Positions 7,978 to 16,398 of a stretch of 64,000 nt of DNA are shown one piece after another (within the stretch, counting starts at the first letter, position 1; each line of letters starts with the position of its first letter). The notes beneath the pieces are model-generated. The model was given only the letters and a program-made list of their open reading frames with translations. It was not told the DNA's origin and did no database searches. The DNA is from Reyranella sp. (GTDB lineage Bacteria > Pseudomonadota > Alphaproteobacteria > Reyranellales > Reyranellaceae): contig JAQSDW010000202.1 in the NCBI GenBank assembly GCA_029946105.1, positions 8,645 through 72,644 on the forward strand, written 5' to 3'. Made by a program: the position numbers and the translations under genes.

Positions 7978-10926
7978 GTGCAGTCCATGGCCTTGACCGG
8001 CGATCGGGGGACATGGCGCTCGACATGGGGCTCGGCATGGAGCCGATATGTTTCATTCGGCACCGGCATCGTGCTGATGCTGGCGGCTTATGGCCTCGTG
8101 AGCGCAGCCGTGGTCGCCGTCATCCTGCTGCAATTGCGGTCCGACACGATCGCCGCCAGCTACAACGTCCTGACCGCCTTTGCCCAGCTCAGCGACGAAC
8201 AGACCACGCGCACTTTCCAGAACGTCGAAGAGGCATTGGAGACGGTCGAGGCGGCTCTCGTTGCCATGCCGCATTCGGGCGTTGACGGCACGAACGACGT
8301 GCAGGACGACCTGCGCCGGCTGATCGCCAGCCGGCCGTTCCTGAGGTCGATCACGGTCCTCGACGCCCGGGGCCGCGCCGTCTTCAGCAGCGAGAGCGCC
8401 ATCCCCGGCATGGAGCTGTCCGATCGCGCGTACTTCGTCGAAAGCCGGGACAAGCCGCGCGCGCGGTTCCAGATCGGGGTGCCGATCCGCGCCCGCACGA
8501 CGCAGGAATGGATTCTCCCCGTGACGCTCGGCCTGCGCGGGGCCGGCGGTGAATTCGCCGGCGTCATCGTGGCGTCCGTCAATCCGCTCTTCTTCGATCG
8601 GGTGTGGACGGTGGAAAAGACGATCAAGGGTCAGGCCACGGCGCTGTGGACCGCCGGCGGCGCAATGGTCATGCGCAGCCCCTTCGTCGAGAAAGCCATG
8701 GGCGCCGCGACATTCAGCCCGGAACTCATGCGGCGAACGAACGCCGGGAGCATCGAAGGCACCTTCGCAATCGTCAGCAACGTCGATGGCGAGCGCCGTC
8801 TGCTCGCCTACCGCCGTCTCGCCGCCTTTCCCGGCTTCATCATTTCCGTCACCCAGGCGCTGGACCAGGCGCTCGCCCCGTGGCGGCACATTGCCCGGCT
8901 CGCCGCCGCCGGCTGGGCGGTTTCACTGGCGACCCTGGGCGCACTCGCGGTCTGGCTGGTCGTCGAATGGAATGCGCGCCACGCCGAACGGGATCGCTAT
9001 CAGACGTTGTTCGACGCCAACGCCTATCCGATGGCCGTGATCGACCGCGACACCCGCCGCTTCCTCGCCGTGAACGATGCGGCGCTTCAGCAGTACGGCT
9101 GGTCGCGGGCCGAGGCCCTGTCGATGCGCGCCGACGACCTCTACCTGCCGGAGGATGTCCATCATCAGCGGCCGGCCGTGCGGCCGGGCAGCGAAGTCGA
9201 TCGGGCCCGGTCCGTCAGCGGGCACAGGCACCATACGAAGGACGGCACGATCATCGACGTCGAGATGCAGGCGCGTCCGATCCGGTTCGGCGACGTCCGG
9301 GCGACGCTCGTCATCACCCGCAACGTGACCGAGCAGGTGCGGGCCGAGCGCGCGCGTCAGGTCGGCCTGGAGGAGTTGCGCCAGTCGCAGGAGCGTTATC
9401 GCACCCTGTTCGAAGCCGCCCCCTATGCCGTGATCGTCTCGGACCGCGACTCGCTTCGCCTGCTGGCGGTGAACGCAGCGGCTGTGAATCTCTATGGCGG
9501 CACGCGGGACCAGATGCTCGGCATGACGGCCGACGATTTCTACCTGCCGGAGGACCGCGCGGCGCTGCCCGCCCGCCGCGCCGGCTACTCGGCGGACGTC
9601 ACGCGCCACTTTACCGGCATACGGCACCGCAAGTGCGACGGCACGACCGTCTTCGTCGACATGGCGGTGCGCTTCATCGACTATCAGGGCAGATCGGCCG
9701 CGCTCACGATCGTCGCCGACATCAGCGAACGACTCCGCCTCGAGGAGGTGCGCGAGGCGACGGAGGACCAGCTGCGCCAGGCGCAGAAGATGGAGGTCGT
9801 CGGCCAGCTCACGGGCGGCATTGCACACGATTTCAACAACCTGCTGACCGTCATCCTCGCCAACGCCGACGAGGTTCAGGAGGAGGTGGGCCTCGAGCCC
9901 CGGGTGAAGGCCCGCCTCGAGCAGATCGCCAAGGCGGTGCTGAGGGCGTCCGAGCTGACGGGCCAGCTGCTGGCCTTCTCGCGCAAGCAGGCGCTCAATC
10001 CCAAGCCGACCGATCTCAACGAGCTGGTGGTGTCGACCGGCAAGCTGCTGCGCCGCACGCTGGGGGCGAATCTCGAACTGGTCGTCGACCTGGCCGACGA
10101 TCTGTGGATGGTCGACATCGACCGCGCCCAGCTCGAGACCGCCCTGATCAACCTCTGCGTCAACGCCCGCGACGCGACGCCCGACGGCGGCAAGCTGCTG
10201 ATCCGCTCCGAAAACGTCGCCTGGAATGCGCGCGCCCTCGCCAGAATCCCTGATGCCGAAGCGCGGGACTATGTAAGGCTGAGCGTCGCCGATACCGGCA
10301 CCGGCATGCCGCCGGACGTCCTGGCCAAGGTGTTCGAGCCGTTCTTCACCACCAAGGACGTGGGCAAGGGAAGCGGGCTCGGCCTCAGCATGGTCTACGG
10401 ATTCATCAGGCAATCCGGCGGCACCGTCGGGATCGACAGCGAAGTCGGCCGCGGTACCACCATCAGCCTGTACCTGCCCCGCAGCGATCGGCAGGCGGAG
10501 GTCGTGCAGGCTCTGCCGGCGCCCAAGATGCCGGGGGGGAGCGAGCGTCTCCTCCTCGTCGAGGATGAATTGCAGGTGCGCCTCCAGGTGGCGGAGCAAC
10601 TGGCGAGCCTGGGCTACGACGTCACCGAGGCGGCCGATGGCACCGCCGCCATCGCGGCTCTGGAAGCCGCAACCAGGCCCTTCGACCTGATGCTGACCGA
10701 CGTGGTCATGCCCGGGCCGCTGAACGGCAAGGCGCTGGCCGAAGCGGCGGCGCGCCGCTGGCCGGGGACCGCCGTCGCCTTGATGTCGGGCTACGCGGAG
10801 GGCACCGAGGCCGTCGGGACCCCGGATCACGTGGAACTGTTGGCCAAGCCCTTCCGCAAGCACGACCTGGCGCAATTCGTACGCCGGGTGCTCGACGCCG
10901 GGGTCCGCGGCCCCCGGGCACGCTAG
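7978..10926 (+). CDS. Hybrid sensor histidine kinase (TM-Cache-TM, 2 PAS, HisKA, HATPase, REC)
   Basis: H-box [12 protein letters not shown]-box [38 protein letters not shown]; start codon approximate. Confidence 0.92.
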   Translation: MQSMALTGDRGTWRSTWGSAWSRYVSFGTGIVLMLAAYGLVSAAVVAVILLQLRSDTIAASYNVLTAFAQLSDEQTTRTFQNVEEALETVEAALVAMPHSGVDGTNDVQDDLRRLIASRPFLRSITVLDARGRAVFSSESAIPGMELSDRAYFVESRDKPRARFQIGVPIRARTTQEWILPVTLGLRGAGGEFAGVIVASVNPLFFDRVWTVEKTIKGQATALWTAGGAMVMRSPFVEKAMGAATFSPELMRRTNAGSIEGTFAIVSNVDGERRLLAYRRLAAFPGFIISVTQALDQALAPWRHIARLAAAGWAVSLATLGALAVWLVVEWNARHAERDRYQTLFDANAYPMAVIDRDTRRFLAVNDAALQQYGWSRAEALSMRADDLYLPEDVHHQRPAVRPGSEVDRARSVSGHRHHTKDGTIIDVEMQARPIRFGDVRATLVITRNVTEQVRAERARQVGLEELRQSQERYRTLFEAAPYAVIVSDRDSLRLLAVNAAAVNLYGGTRDQMLGMTADDFYLPEDRAALPARRAGYSADVTRHFTGIRHRKCDGTTVFVDMAVRFIDYQGRSAALTIVADISERLRLEEVREATEDQLRQAQKMEVVGQLTGGIAHDFNNLLTVILANADEVQEEVGLEPRVKARLEQIAKAVLRASELTGQLLAFSRKQALNPKPTDLNELVVSTGKLLRRTLGANLELVVDLADDLWMVDIDRAQLETALINLCVNARDATPDGGKLLIRSENVAWNARALARIPDAEARDYVRLSVADTGTGMPPDVLAKVFEPFFTTKDVGKGSGLGLSMVYGFIRQSGGTVGIDSEVGRGTTISLYLPRSDRQAEVVQALPAPKMPGGSERLLLVEDELQVRLQVAEQLASLGYDVTEAADGTAAIAALEAATRPFDLMLTDVVMPGPLNGKALAEAAARRWPGTAVALMSGYAEGTEAVGTPDHVELLAKPFRKHDLAQFVRRVLDAGVRGPRAR

Positions 10927-11354
10927 GTCAAGACCTCGACAGTCCCGTCGGGCGTGCGCACCAGGATTTCGTCCATATCGACACCGAGACCCAGCCAGCC
11001 GTCGGCCTCCTTGACGTTGCGAAAGACATGGGTCTCGACCTGATGCTTGCTGGTGAGCGCCATGAACATGCGGCTGAGCCCGTAGGTCACGTCCGCCGAG
11101 GCGAGGAACGACCATTTGGTGTCGCCCCATTGGGCATCCGTCTGTCCGGCGTAGGTGGCGAGCTGGCGCAGCTCGACGGTGGTGAGGGGAGTGGTGCTGC
11201 CCCTGAAATCGACGATGAGGCTCAACCCCTCCTTGAACCCCTCCAGCCGCACGAGTTCGGTGAAGGCCGCTTCGAGCTCGACGACGTCCATGCTGTGCTT
11301 GGCGCGCAGCACGATGACGCCGAGGTCCTTGTTGAAGCGGATGGTATGAGGCAA
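10923..11354 (-). CDS. Small STAS/SpoIIAA-like hypothetical protein
   Basis: Probable TTG start at 11354; LIVDFRG, ..A..YGLSRMF.., FRNVKEADGWL pattern. Confidence 0.6.
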   Translation of the reverse strand: MPHTIRFNKDLGVIVLRAKHSMDVVELEAAFTELVRLEGFKEGLSLIVDFRGSTTPLTTVELRQLATYAGQTDAQWGDTKWSFLASADVTYGLSRMFMALTSKHQVETHVFRNVKEADGWLGLGVDMDEILVRTPDGTVEVLT

Positions 11355-11503
11355 AGCGCCCCCTCTCCGAGGGTGGCAGGGCAACCGACGCGGGCAGTGT
11401 AGGCCCAAGGCACGGCCGAGTCTCGTCTTCGATGAACGGCGCCGAAACGCGGTTTCAGCCGAAATCCGGAAACCCGCGGAGGTTGCAGGTCGTCGTGGCC
11501 GGC

Positions 11504-11559
11504 CCCCGGCCGGGATCGCCGGGGACCGCACCATCGCGTTCTTCAGGAAGAACCCCGCC
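11504..11559 (+). repeat. Copy B of the degenerate direct repeat (relic of the dienelactone hydrolase 3' end)
   Basis: GGGACCGCACCATCGCGTTCTTCAGGAAGAACC versus GGGACCGCACGATCGCCTTCTTCAGGAAGAACC at 6822; exactly 4700 bp offset. Confidence 0.8.
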
Positions 11560-11567
11560 CTCTTGCG

Positions 11568-12194
11568 TCAGAAGCTTCCGAGGTCCGCCAGGGCACCGAC
11601 GATCATCCGCGTGCCGATGGCCATCATCAGCACGTCGTTGTCGACGCGCACATACTGATAGCCTGACGGCGGCGGCGAGAGTTGCGTCAGCAGAACGCCG
11701 GGCAGCGGATAGAAGACGATGCCCGAGGCCAGCGGCTGGCCCATCGCCCACATCTTCTTGGCCTGGCCGGGCGGCAGGCAGCCATTGTTCTTCTTGGCGA
11801 GTCCCGGCGGACAATTGCCGCCCGCGTATTCGGTTCGATAGTAGCTCTGGACCGCGTTGCGATCGTGATCGGCGATGACGACGTTGCCCGGCGCCGCACC
11901 GCCCGGCTTCGGTCCGGCGGCCTGTGAGTTCCCCTGGCCCTGACCTTTACCCTCGCTTTGTCCCTGGCCCTGTCCCTGTCCTTGGCCCTGACTCTGGCCC
12001 TGACCCTGACCCTGTCCCTGAGCCTGGCCCTGACCTTTACCTTCGCTTTGTCCCTGGCCCTGGCTCTGGCCCTGACCCTGACCTTGTCCCTGACCTTGTC
12101 CCTGGCCTTGTCCTTTGCCGTGGCCCTGTCCGAGCGCGGGGCTCGCCAGCGCCGCGATGAGAGCGGCCGCAAGAATGGTCGATATCGTTTTCAT
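11568..12194 (-). CDS. Secreted RcnB-like protein with a long (GQ)n low-complexity tract
   Basis: Signal peptide, about 65-residue Gly-Gln tract, then CPPGLAKKNNGCLPPGQAKK and PPPSGYQYVRVDNDVLMM; start ATG 12194. Confidence 0.75.
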   Translation of the reverse strand: MKTISTILAAALIAALASPALGQGHGKGQGQGQGQGQGQGQGQSQGQGQSEGKGQGQAQGQGQGQGQSQGQGQGQGQGQSEGKGQGQGNSQAAGPKPGGAAPGNVVIADHDRNAVQSYYRTEYAGGNCPPGLAKKNNGCLPPGQAKKMWAMGQPLASGIVFYPLPGVLLTQLSPPPSGYQYVRVDNDVLMMAIGTRMIVGALADLGSF

Positions 12195-12370
12195 GAAAGG
12201 CCTCCTGCCTGTGCCCATCAGACGCCGGCATCATGGCGAAGCTGGGACAACTCGTAACGAAACGCCATTCGGTTAGTTGCGGCGACGCGGGCGATGAGAG
12301 TGACTTTCACCTGGAAACGCCGCGAACCCTTCGCAACGCCTGAGTCCCGTCGCGCCCTTCATCGCGCCTT

Positions 12371-12470
12371 TCACCGGGAAAGCATCTGCGCGAGCGCGAT
12401 GTAGAGCGGGATGCCGACCATCGGGTTGAAGGGGAAGGTGACCCCGAGCGACAGGGCGCTCGCGATCTGG
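12371..12470 (-). pseudogene. 3' remnant of an SbtA-type sodium-dependent bicarbonate permease gene
   Basis: Manual translation ...LSLGVTFPFNPMVGIPLYIALAQMLSR* resembles the SbtA/DUF897 C-terminus; no upstream body. Confidence 0.6.
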
Positions 12471-12587
12471 CCGAAGCCGAAGCCCGCAGCGCCGGACTCA
12501 AGGTCGTCACCGTGCACAAACGGACGCTCAAGCGCGCGGCGTAGGCCATGACGCGGAACGGAGGAGCGCCGCCGAGGCCGACAGCAC

Positions 12588-12806
12588 TCACTTCGACGCG
12601 GCGAGAAACTCCTCGACGGAAACGCCGGCCTGCTTCAGGACGCCCGCGAGAGTGCCGGTCTTCAGTTCCTTGTGATCGGGGACGACACAGCCGACCGATC
12701 CCCGCCGGAGAACGACGTGGCTGCCGCGCTGCCGCTTGACCACGAAGCCGAGCTTTTCCAGGGTACGAATGGCATCGCGCCCTGAAACGCGCGGCAGGTT
12801 AGGCAT
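12588..12806 (-). CDS. hicA: HicA family toxin
   Basis: 72 aa, LEKLGF...RQRGSHVVL, VPDHKELKTGTL..VLKQAG. Confidence 0.9.
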   Translation of the reverse strand: MPNLPRVSGRDAIRTLEKLGFVVKRQRGSHVVLRRGSVGCVVPDHKELKTGTLAGVLKQAGVSVEEFLAASK

Positions 12807-13008
12807 TCACGGCGACCTCGAAGGTCGTGATGAACGACCGGCCGGTGGCGGAGGGCAGGGGAAACTCTTCCAGGTAGAGCGCTGTGGCTTCCCGCAGGTT
12901 GGCCACGGCCTCCTCGATCGTCTCGCCTTGCGAGGTCGTGCCGGTCTCGGGATTGGCGGCGGTGTATCCGCCTTCCGGCGCCGGAATAAGGACGGCCGTC
13001 AGCAACAT
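12799..13008 (-). CDS. hicB: Short HicB family antitoxin (UPF0150, no DNA-binding domain)
   Basis: 69 aa from ATG 13008: EGGYTA.NPETGTTSQGETIEEAVANLREA..LYLE; overlaps the hicA start. Confidence 0.88.
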   Translation of the reverse strand: MLLTAVLIPAPEGGYTAANPETGTTSQGETIEEAVANLREATALYLEEFPLPSATGRSFITTFEVAVNA

Positions 13009-13188
13009 GATGAATTCTCCTCGGGGAAACGCATTATCGCTCGACCGGTCCTCGAATCCTAGCCATCTCTCGCGCGTCTGCGCCGGCTTGGGTGGGCCGA
13101 AGGCCGCGTCCGGCCCGGCATTGGTGCTTCCCGCCCGGTAACGCGCCACTCTAGTATCCCGCCTCACGATAGTGAGGGGGCAACGCAT

Positions 13189-13660
13189 GCTGAGCCGGAC
13201 CGACGCAGCGACATCCCGCTCACCAACTTTCGGGGAATCGAGCTGCGCAACTTCCCAGCCGAGATCGCACGCCTGGCACTCATCATCGCGGAGTATCAGT
13301 GCGACGTACTCTATCGCGGACAGAAGAACGCATTGGCTGAGTTCTTGCCACTGGACGCGCAGAATTGGATCACCTGCGGTAATGCGCTGCGGCTCGACTG
13401 GCTGAGCATCTGTCCACCCACCGGAACTGGCGTGAAGCACCAAGCTGAAGATTTATTTCACACGCCGCTCGATCAGGCGCAGATCGACTTCGAGAATGAG
13501 GGAGGGGAGACGTATATTTGCGGAAACCCACCGTATTTGGGCAGCAAGTGGCAAAAGGATGACCAGAAGGAAGATCTAAAAGCGATCTTCGATAGTCGAA
13601 CTCCAGCGTGGAAGTCTCTCGACTACGTCGCCGGTTGGTTCATGAAGGCAGCCGACTACG
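13189..13660 (+). pseudogene. Internal fragment of an MmeI/YeeA-like type IIG/IIL DNA methyltransferase
   Basis: Open frame TNFRGIELRNFPAEIARLALIIAEYQ...GNALRLDW...ICGNPPYLG (motif IV)...LDYVAGWFMKAADY; both N- and C-termini missing. Confidence 0.8.
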
Positions 13661-13762
13661 GTAGGCGTGCAGTCGCAGGCGATGTACGCTCAAGTGCAAG
13701 CAGTGCTGAAGTCTGCCGATCACAAGCCGAAGGTCGAGATCAGGCGAGATTGGTACTACTGA
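13661..13762 (+). pseudogene. 3' remnant of darT (DUF4433 DNA ADP-ribosyltransferase toxin)
   Basis: Manual translation VGVQSQAMYAQVQAVLKSADHKPKVEIRRDWYY*; WYY terminus typical of DarT, 9 bp upstream of darG. Confidence 0.7.
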
Positions 13763-13771
13763 GGGGATGGT

Positions 13772-14812
13772 GTGATCGAGTTCAAGACAGGCGACATTCT
13801 CGGCGAGGATGCCGAGGCCTTGGTCAACACCGTGAATTGCGTCGGCATCATGGGGCGCGGGATCGCTCTCCAATTCAAGAATGCCTTCCCGATGAACTTC
13901 AAGGCCTGCGAAGCAGCCTGCAACCGCGGCGAGGTGCAACCCGGCCATATGTTCGTCTTCGAGACGGGTGGACTGACCAACCCGAAATGGGTTGTGAACT
14001 TTCCCACCAAGCGGCATTGGCGCGGCAAGAGCCGCATGGAGGATATCGAAGCGGGCCTGAAGGCGCTTGTCCGCGAGATCGAGACTCGGAGAATCGGTTC
14101 GATCGCCATTCCACCGCTGGGTAGCGGTCTTGGTGGCCTGGACTGGTCCGACGTGCGGCGACGCATCGTCAAGGCGCTGGGCGACCTCGAGACAACGCGC
14201 GTTATCGTCTACGAGCCGAACGGCCGTCAGGAGAAGCGGCCGATGACCGTGTCGCTCGACGTGCCGGCCATGACCGGGGGACGCGCGGCGCTGGTCGGCT
14301 TGATGGGCCGCTATCTCGGCGGATTGATGGACCCGTTCGTGACGCTGCTGGAAGTTCACAAGTTGATTTATTTCATGCAGGAGGCGGGCGAGCCCCTGAA
14401 CCTGGGGTTCCAGAAGGCGACCTATGGGCCTTATGCCGAGAACCTTCGGCATGTCCTGCGGACCATCGAAGGGCATCTCGTGTCGGGCAATGCCGATGGC
14501 GGGGATGCCCCGGACAAGCAGCTCGAACTCGTGCCGGGAGCGACCGAGGACGCCGCTGCGTTCCTGAAAGCCCATCCCGACACGCAGGCGCGCTTCGAGC
14601 GGGTCGCCGGCACCGTTCGCGGCTTCGAGACGCCCTTCGGTCTCGAACTTCTCTCGACGGTTCATTGGGTCGTCCGCCACGGCGCCGGTCGCGCCAGGGA
14701 AGACGTGATTGCTGCGACCTACGCTTGGGGCGACCGCAAACGGCAGTTTTCCGCCGGGCAGATCGGGATCGCGCTCGACGCCCTCACGACCAGGGGATGG
14801 CTCGACGGCTGA
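13772..14812 (+). CDS. darG: DarG antitoxin (macrodomain ADP-ribosyl glycohydrolase plus C-terminal domain)
   Basis: GDIL...ALVNTVNCVGIMGRGIALQFK, NFPTKRHWR, AIPPLGSGLGGLDW, YGPYAENL, FGLELLSTVHW. Confidence 0.88.
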   Translation: MIEFKTGDILGEDAEALVNTVNCVGIMGRGIALQFKNAFPMNFKACEAACNRGEVQPGHMFVFETGGLTNPKWVVNFPTKRHWRGKSRMEDIEAGLKALVREIETRRIGSIAIPPLGSGLGGLDWSDVRRRIVKALGDLETTRVIVYEPNGRQEKRPMTVSLDVPAMTGGRAALVGLMGRYLGGLMDPFVTLLEVHKLIYFMQEAGEPLNLGFQKATYGPYAENLRHVLRTIEGHLVSGNADGGDAPDKQLELVPGATEDAAAFLKAHPDTQARFERVAGTVRGFETPFGLELLSTVHWVVRHGAGRAREDVIAATYAWGDRKRQFSAGQIGIALDALTTRGWLDG

Positions 14813-14920
14813 GCAGTGTCTTCTCCGCGGCCAAGAACACCCAAAGGCGCTCGGAGTTGCCGCAGCGTACCAATATTGGTACATTCGCAACAACTAATGA
14901 ACCACCCGAAGAAACTTTCC

Positions 14921-15205
14921 ATGAAAAAGAAGGGCCGCATCGGATCGTCCCTGGACGATTTCCTGAAGGAGGATGGCCTCTACGAGGCGGCGGCGGCGCG
15001 CGTCCTCAAGCGCGTGATCGCCCGCCAGCTCGATGCCTTGATGCGCGAGAAGCACCTCACCAAGACCATGCTGGCAAGACGCATGCAGACGAGCCGGGCC
15101 CAGCTCGATCGCGTGCTCGATCCGGACAACGAGTCGGTGACCCTGGGCACGCTCACCCGCGCCGCCCGCGCGGTGGGGCGGAAACTGCGGCTTGAGCTGG
15201 TGTGA
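14921..15205 (+). CDS. XRE/HigA-like HTH antitoxin-type regulator (orphan)
   Basis: IGSSLDDFLKEDG...LARRMQTSRAQLDRVLDP.N.SVTL.TL.RAA; no intact toxin gene upstream. Confidence 0.8.
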   Translation: MKKKGRIGSSLDDFLKEDGLYEAAAARVLKRVIARQLDALMREKHLTKTMLARRMQTSRAQLDRVLDPDNESVTLGTLTRAARAVGRKLRLELV

Positions 15206-15250
15206 CTCGCTGCCCTGCGCCTCCGTCCTGTCAGCCATGCGCATTTGAAG

Positions 15251-15606
15251 TTGCAGGTTCAGCAGGAAAATGCTAGGAATTTTGGTAGGCTGGCGCGGGG
15301 ACCGCGTCAGGCAAGTCCCAAGGCATGACCCGCCCGCGCACGCCGCGGGTACGACGCAATTGAGCGTGAGGGCGAAGCCCCCACAGGGAGCAGTCACGCT
15401 GCCCTGTGAAGTCCCAAACCGAGCCCGTCCCAACCGCGCGCCTGAAAACGACGCCGGAACAGACATTTAGAGACGCCCGAGTCACGGGCGCATCCGGGCT
15501 GTGACACGCAAGAAGAAGTGGAAGTCGAAAAAAGCCCGTGAAACCGGGCTCGGCGCGAAGTCTGTCACAACCGCGCGCACAACATTTGTCACACGTTGGT
15601 GTGCGC
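15251..15606 (+). repeat. Dispersed non-coding element, copy E1
   Basis: 5' motif TTGCAGGTTCAGCAGG...ATTTTG; 3' heptamers at 15563, 15575 (degenerate) and 15587, then an inverted degenerate copy at 15600. Confidence 0.7.
15528..15550 (-). terminator. Probable intrinsic terminator for the leftward HAD/lpoA transcript
   Basis: Hairpin AGCCCG-N6-CGGGCT followed by a T6 tract on the minus strand. Confidence 0.55.
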
Positions 15607-15657
15607 CTGTGCGGGCCGATCTGCCCACAAACATTGGCTTTCCGGCGTGCGGGAAGC

Positions 15658-16398
15658 TCAGGAAGACGTCGGGGGTTCCTCGACCAGTTCGCCCAGCCTT
15701 TTGATGATGCGCGTGGGCTGGGCGGTGGCATGTGCCGGCACGCCGGCGCCGAACGGGTCGTACCAGATGCCGCACATGCCGAGCTGCTGCGGGGCCACGA
15801 CCTCCCATTCGTAGTTGTCGCCCACCATCCAGGCCTCGCCGGGGCCCACGCCCAGCCGCTCGAGCGCGTGGCGGTAGACGGCGAGCTCGGGCTTGCCCTG
15901 GCCGAACTCGCCCTCGATCTGGATGTGGTGGAAGCGGTGCGCGAGCTCGAAGCGCTCGATCTTGGCGCGCTGGGTTTCCGAGGCGCCGTTGGTCACCAGC
16001 GCCAGGCGCACGCCGGCGTCGCGCAGCGCATCGACGGTGGCATGGGCGTCGGGATAGAGCCGGTATTCGTTGCGGCGCAGTTCGGTGAAGGCATCGGCGA
16101 TGCGGTCGGCCAGCGCGTCGTCGGGGCGGCCGAGCTTTTCCAGGCCGCGGCGGACGGCGAGCCGGCGGGCGCCGGGGATATCCAGCCGCCACTTGGCCGC
16201 TTCCGCGCGGTCGCTCCAGAAGGCGCGGGCTTCCTCCATCACCGTCGTGCGCACGCGCTCGATGGCCTGGACATCATGGGCGTCCAGGTGCGCTGCGAAG
16301 ACGTTGAGCAGGCGCGTCCATGCCTCTTCCGGCTGGGCGTAGGCGCGGATCAGCGTGTCGTCGAGATCGAACAGGATGGCCTTCGGGAGCGCCGCCAC
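15658..16398 (-). CDS. HAD family hydrolase
   Basis: FDLDDTL, LVTNG, GQGKPE, MVGDNYEWEV. Confidence 0.9.
   Translation of the reverse strand: MAALPKAILFDLDDTLIRAYAQPEEAWTRLLNVFAAHLDAHDVQAIERVRTTVMEEARAFWSDRAEAAKWRLDIPGARRLAVRRGLEKLGRPDDALADRIADAFTELRRNEYRLYPDAHATVDALRDAGVRLALVTNGASETQRAKIERFELAHRFHHIQIEGEFGQGKPELAVYRHALERLGVGPGEAWMVGDNYEWEVVAPQQLGMCGIWYDPFGAGVPAHATAQPTRIIKRLGELVEEPPTSS

Noticed and set aside
5102-11130. Long antisense ORFs (5102..7318, 8923..11130) and similar ones at 22875..24890, 33619..36477, 43377..45326, 48255..50930, 53304..55640
   Set aside because: Shadow ORFs opposite well-supported genes, expected in high-GC DNA. No recognisable motifs.
11479-11492. GGAGGTTGCAGGT as a fourth copy of the element's 5' motif
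   Set aside because: Only about 8-12 bp match, and no heptamer array follows.
11925-12130. Possible CRISPR or non-coding repeat array
   Set aside because: The 6-bp-period repeats lie in frame in a CDS and have no unique spacers. No cas genes in the window.
13333-14124. 263-aa ORF as an intact gene
   Set aside because: It is a chimera: a methyltransferase fragment reading out of frame across the darT stub and darG.
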